Position numbers and translations under genes: made by a program. Source: Candidatus Cloacimonadota bacterium (GTDB taxonomy: Bacteria; Cloacimonadota; Cloacimonadia; Cloacimonadales; WRIO01). Taken from it: a stretch of DNA of 19,139 nucleotides. The notes beneath the pieces were generated by a model. The model did not search any database. It was not told the origin of the DNA and was given only the letters and a program-made list of their open reading frames with translations. The DNA is taken from assembly GCA_029564175.1 (NCBI GenBank), contig JAKQQL010000286.1, positions 1 to 19,139 on the forward strand, in the 5' to 3' direction. Below are positions 17,670-19,139 of the stretch, in pieces (the stretch's first letter is position 1; every line of letters begins with the position of its first letter).

Positions 17670-19139
17670 TTATTTTTCTACCGCAAATTTAAGACGGTGT
17701 AGTTTGTTATTGGCTTCTATAATAGCGTAATATACGCCTGTTGCTAATTTTTTACTATCTAAAACGAATGAAGTAACATTTGGGATATAAGCAGTACACA
17801 AATCTGTTTTCTGCCAAACCAAATTACCAGCGATATCATAAATGCTTACTTTAGCATTTGTTGTCTTGCTGAGCATCGTTCTGACAATGATTTTATTTTC
17901 GTACAGATTGAGCCATGGATTTGGATAAACATAATTCTGTCCTTTAATAAACAGCGCTTCTGCACTGATCATATTCTGGGGTTGAGCTTTTCGCCAGGAA
18001 GCAGTTCGGTTTAAATTACCATATCCATACAGGAAATTGGAGTTTTGAATATCTGAAGGCGTAAACATGCTTAGGTGGTGTTTATAGACATCCCCATCAC
18101 AAGTTCCTATATAAGCAAAAACCGAATCACCTTTCACATAGATAAAGGGTGATTTTCTTGCATTCCGATACACCACCGGGTAGCCAGGCATCATTTTACC
18201 TGTATGATCCCAAAGGCATAGTCGTTGATTCCCGATTATCCCCATTATATAGGTTTTGTTATCCTTTTGCAAGGTGATAAGCCCTTCACCATATCCTGAA
18301 CTGTCAGGGTTGATCACTTCAAAATGCGGATTTATCAATGCACCATTATAGGCAATCGCGTGATAACCGGTTGATGAACCAACTATCAGGTCAATGCTAC
18401 CGTTATTGTCCAGATCAGCCAGAGTCGGCACACAAATATATCTGGCTTTATGTTCAACAGGGAATCCGGATAAAAGACTGCCATCTGCTTTCATGATACA
18501 TGCCGCAAAAGTACCACGATAGGTTTTGTATGTGAAACTAAATTCATCAATTCCGTCATTATTGAAATCTGCCTGCAAAAGGTAAGCATACTCCATATTC
18601 TCACTATGACTGATTTCTATCATCGTGTGGGTCATATTGTTTAGATTGACCTGTATCAAATAGTTTGATTCAAGATTTCTCACAATATAAGAGATGATAC
18701 CATCCTGATAGCACATATTAGTGACCGGGCGATAATAAAATTTTTGAAGCTCAAACTTACTGATCTGACCGGTATCATCCTTCATCCAGGCAATAAATTC
18801 TGATCCGCTGCAATTTGTTACAACACGCTGACCTAATCCGGCAAGAAAGACCCGCTTGCCATTATAGCTTATAGTATCGGGAATTGTGATTAAAGGTCCA
18901 AAAAAATGATGGTCCTGAGTTTCCTGAGCCTGACCAATCAATTCTATATTCGAACCATCAAAACTGATGACGGCATTTTCTCCTATATTAAAAGGGATAT
19001 ATATTTTTTTATCGACAGTGTCATAAGCATAAGTTCTGTAAAAACAGTTATCTGTTATGTTGTTATAATCATAACTGCTCTGATTACCCTGTTCATCAGA
19101 CAGGATATTTCCGTCTATATTGAAAAAATAAAGTTCTGT
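17670..19139 (-). CDS. 5'-truncated FG-GAP-repeat secreted protein with a C-terminal sorting domain
   Basis: The frame stays open from the TTG at 18941 to the window edge (checked codon by codon), so the real start lies outside the window. Motifs ADFNNDGIDE, LSGFPV, LADLDNNGSIDLIVG, MPGYPV. CTD YVYPNP...IYDIAGNLV...LATGVYY...KFAVEK. Confidence 0.85.
   Translation of the reverse strand, partial: TELYFFNIDGNILSDEQGNQSSYDYNNITDNCFYRTYAYDTVDKKIYIPFNIGENAVISFDGSNIELIGQAQETQDHHFFGPLITIPDTISYNGKRVFLAGLGQRVVTNCSGSEFIAWMKDDTGQISKFELQKFYYRPVTNMCYQDGIISYIVRNLESNYLIQVNLNNMTHTMIEISHSENMEYAYLLQADFNNDGIDEFSFTYKTYRGTFAACIMKADGSLLSGFPVEHKARYICVPTLADLDNNGSIDLIVGSSTGYHAIAYNGALINPHFEVINPDSSGYGEGLITLQKDNKTYIMGIIGNQRLCLWDHTGKMMPGYPVVYRNARKSPFIYVKGDSVFAYIGTCDGDVYKHHLSMFTPSDIQNSNFLYGYGNLNRTASWRKAQPQNMISAEALFIKGQNYVYPNPWLNLYENKIIVRTMLSKTTNAKVSIYDIAGNLVWQKTDLCTAYIPNVTSFVLDSKKLATGVYYAIIEANNKLHRLKFAVEK

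Noticed and set aside
18939..18941. TTG at 18941 as the start of the last gene
   Set aside because: The frame is open to the window edge and there is no signal peptide at this position, so the gene is 5'-truncated.

Overview
AT-rich bacterial chromosomal window. The gene set and the C-terminal sorting domains (YPNP...YNIKGQLV...SSGxYxY...KMxxLK) suggest an FCB-group anaerobe, most likely Candidatus Cloacimonadota (inference). Most of the window (3479-19139) is a minus-strand run. In transcription order: a partial FG-GAP/CTD protein, a PorV-like barrel, a 1393-aa S8 protease with CTD, a helical hypothetical protein, greA, an M18 aminopeptidase, a membrane hypothetical protein, bamD, nadD, an acyl-(butyryl-)CoA dehydrogenase, guaB (broken by one missing base at ~5266) and xerD. 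The left 3.5 kb is a plus-strand accessory-looking block: a possible frameshifted transposase tail, a ~160-nt long-hairpin element closed by a perfect 12-bp inverted repeat, a sigma70-type promoter, a 28-aa leader ORF containing (TATAC)5, a small secreted prealbumin/carboxypeptidase-regulatory-like protein, an internal terminator, and a 732-aa beta-rich CTD protein. The best leads are this left block, the two CTD flavours around the PorV-like gene, and a REP-like double hairpin upstream of xerD. No database searches were run.
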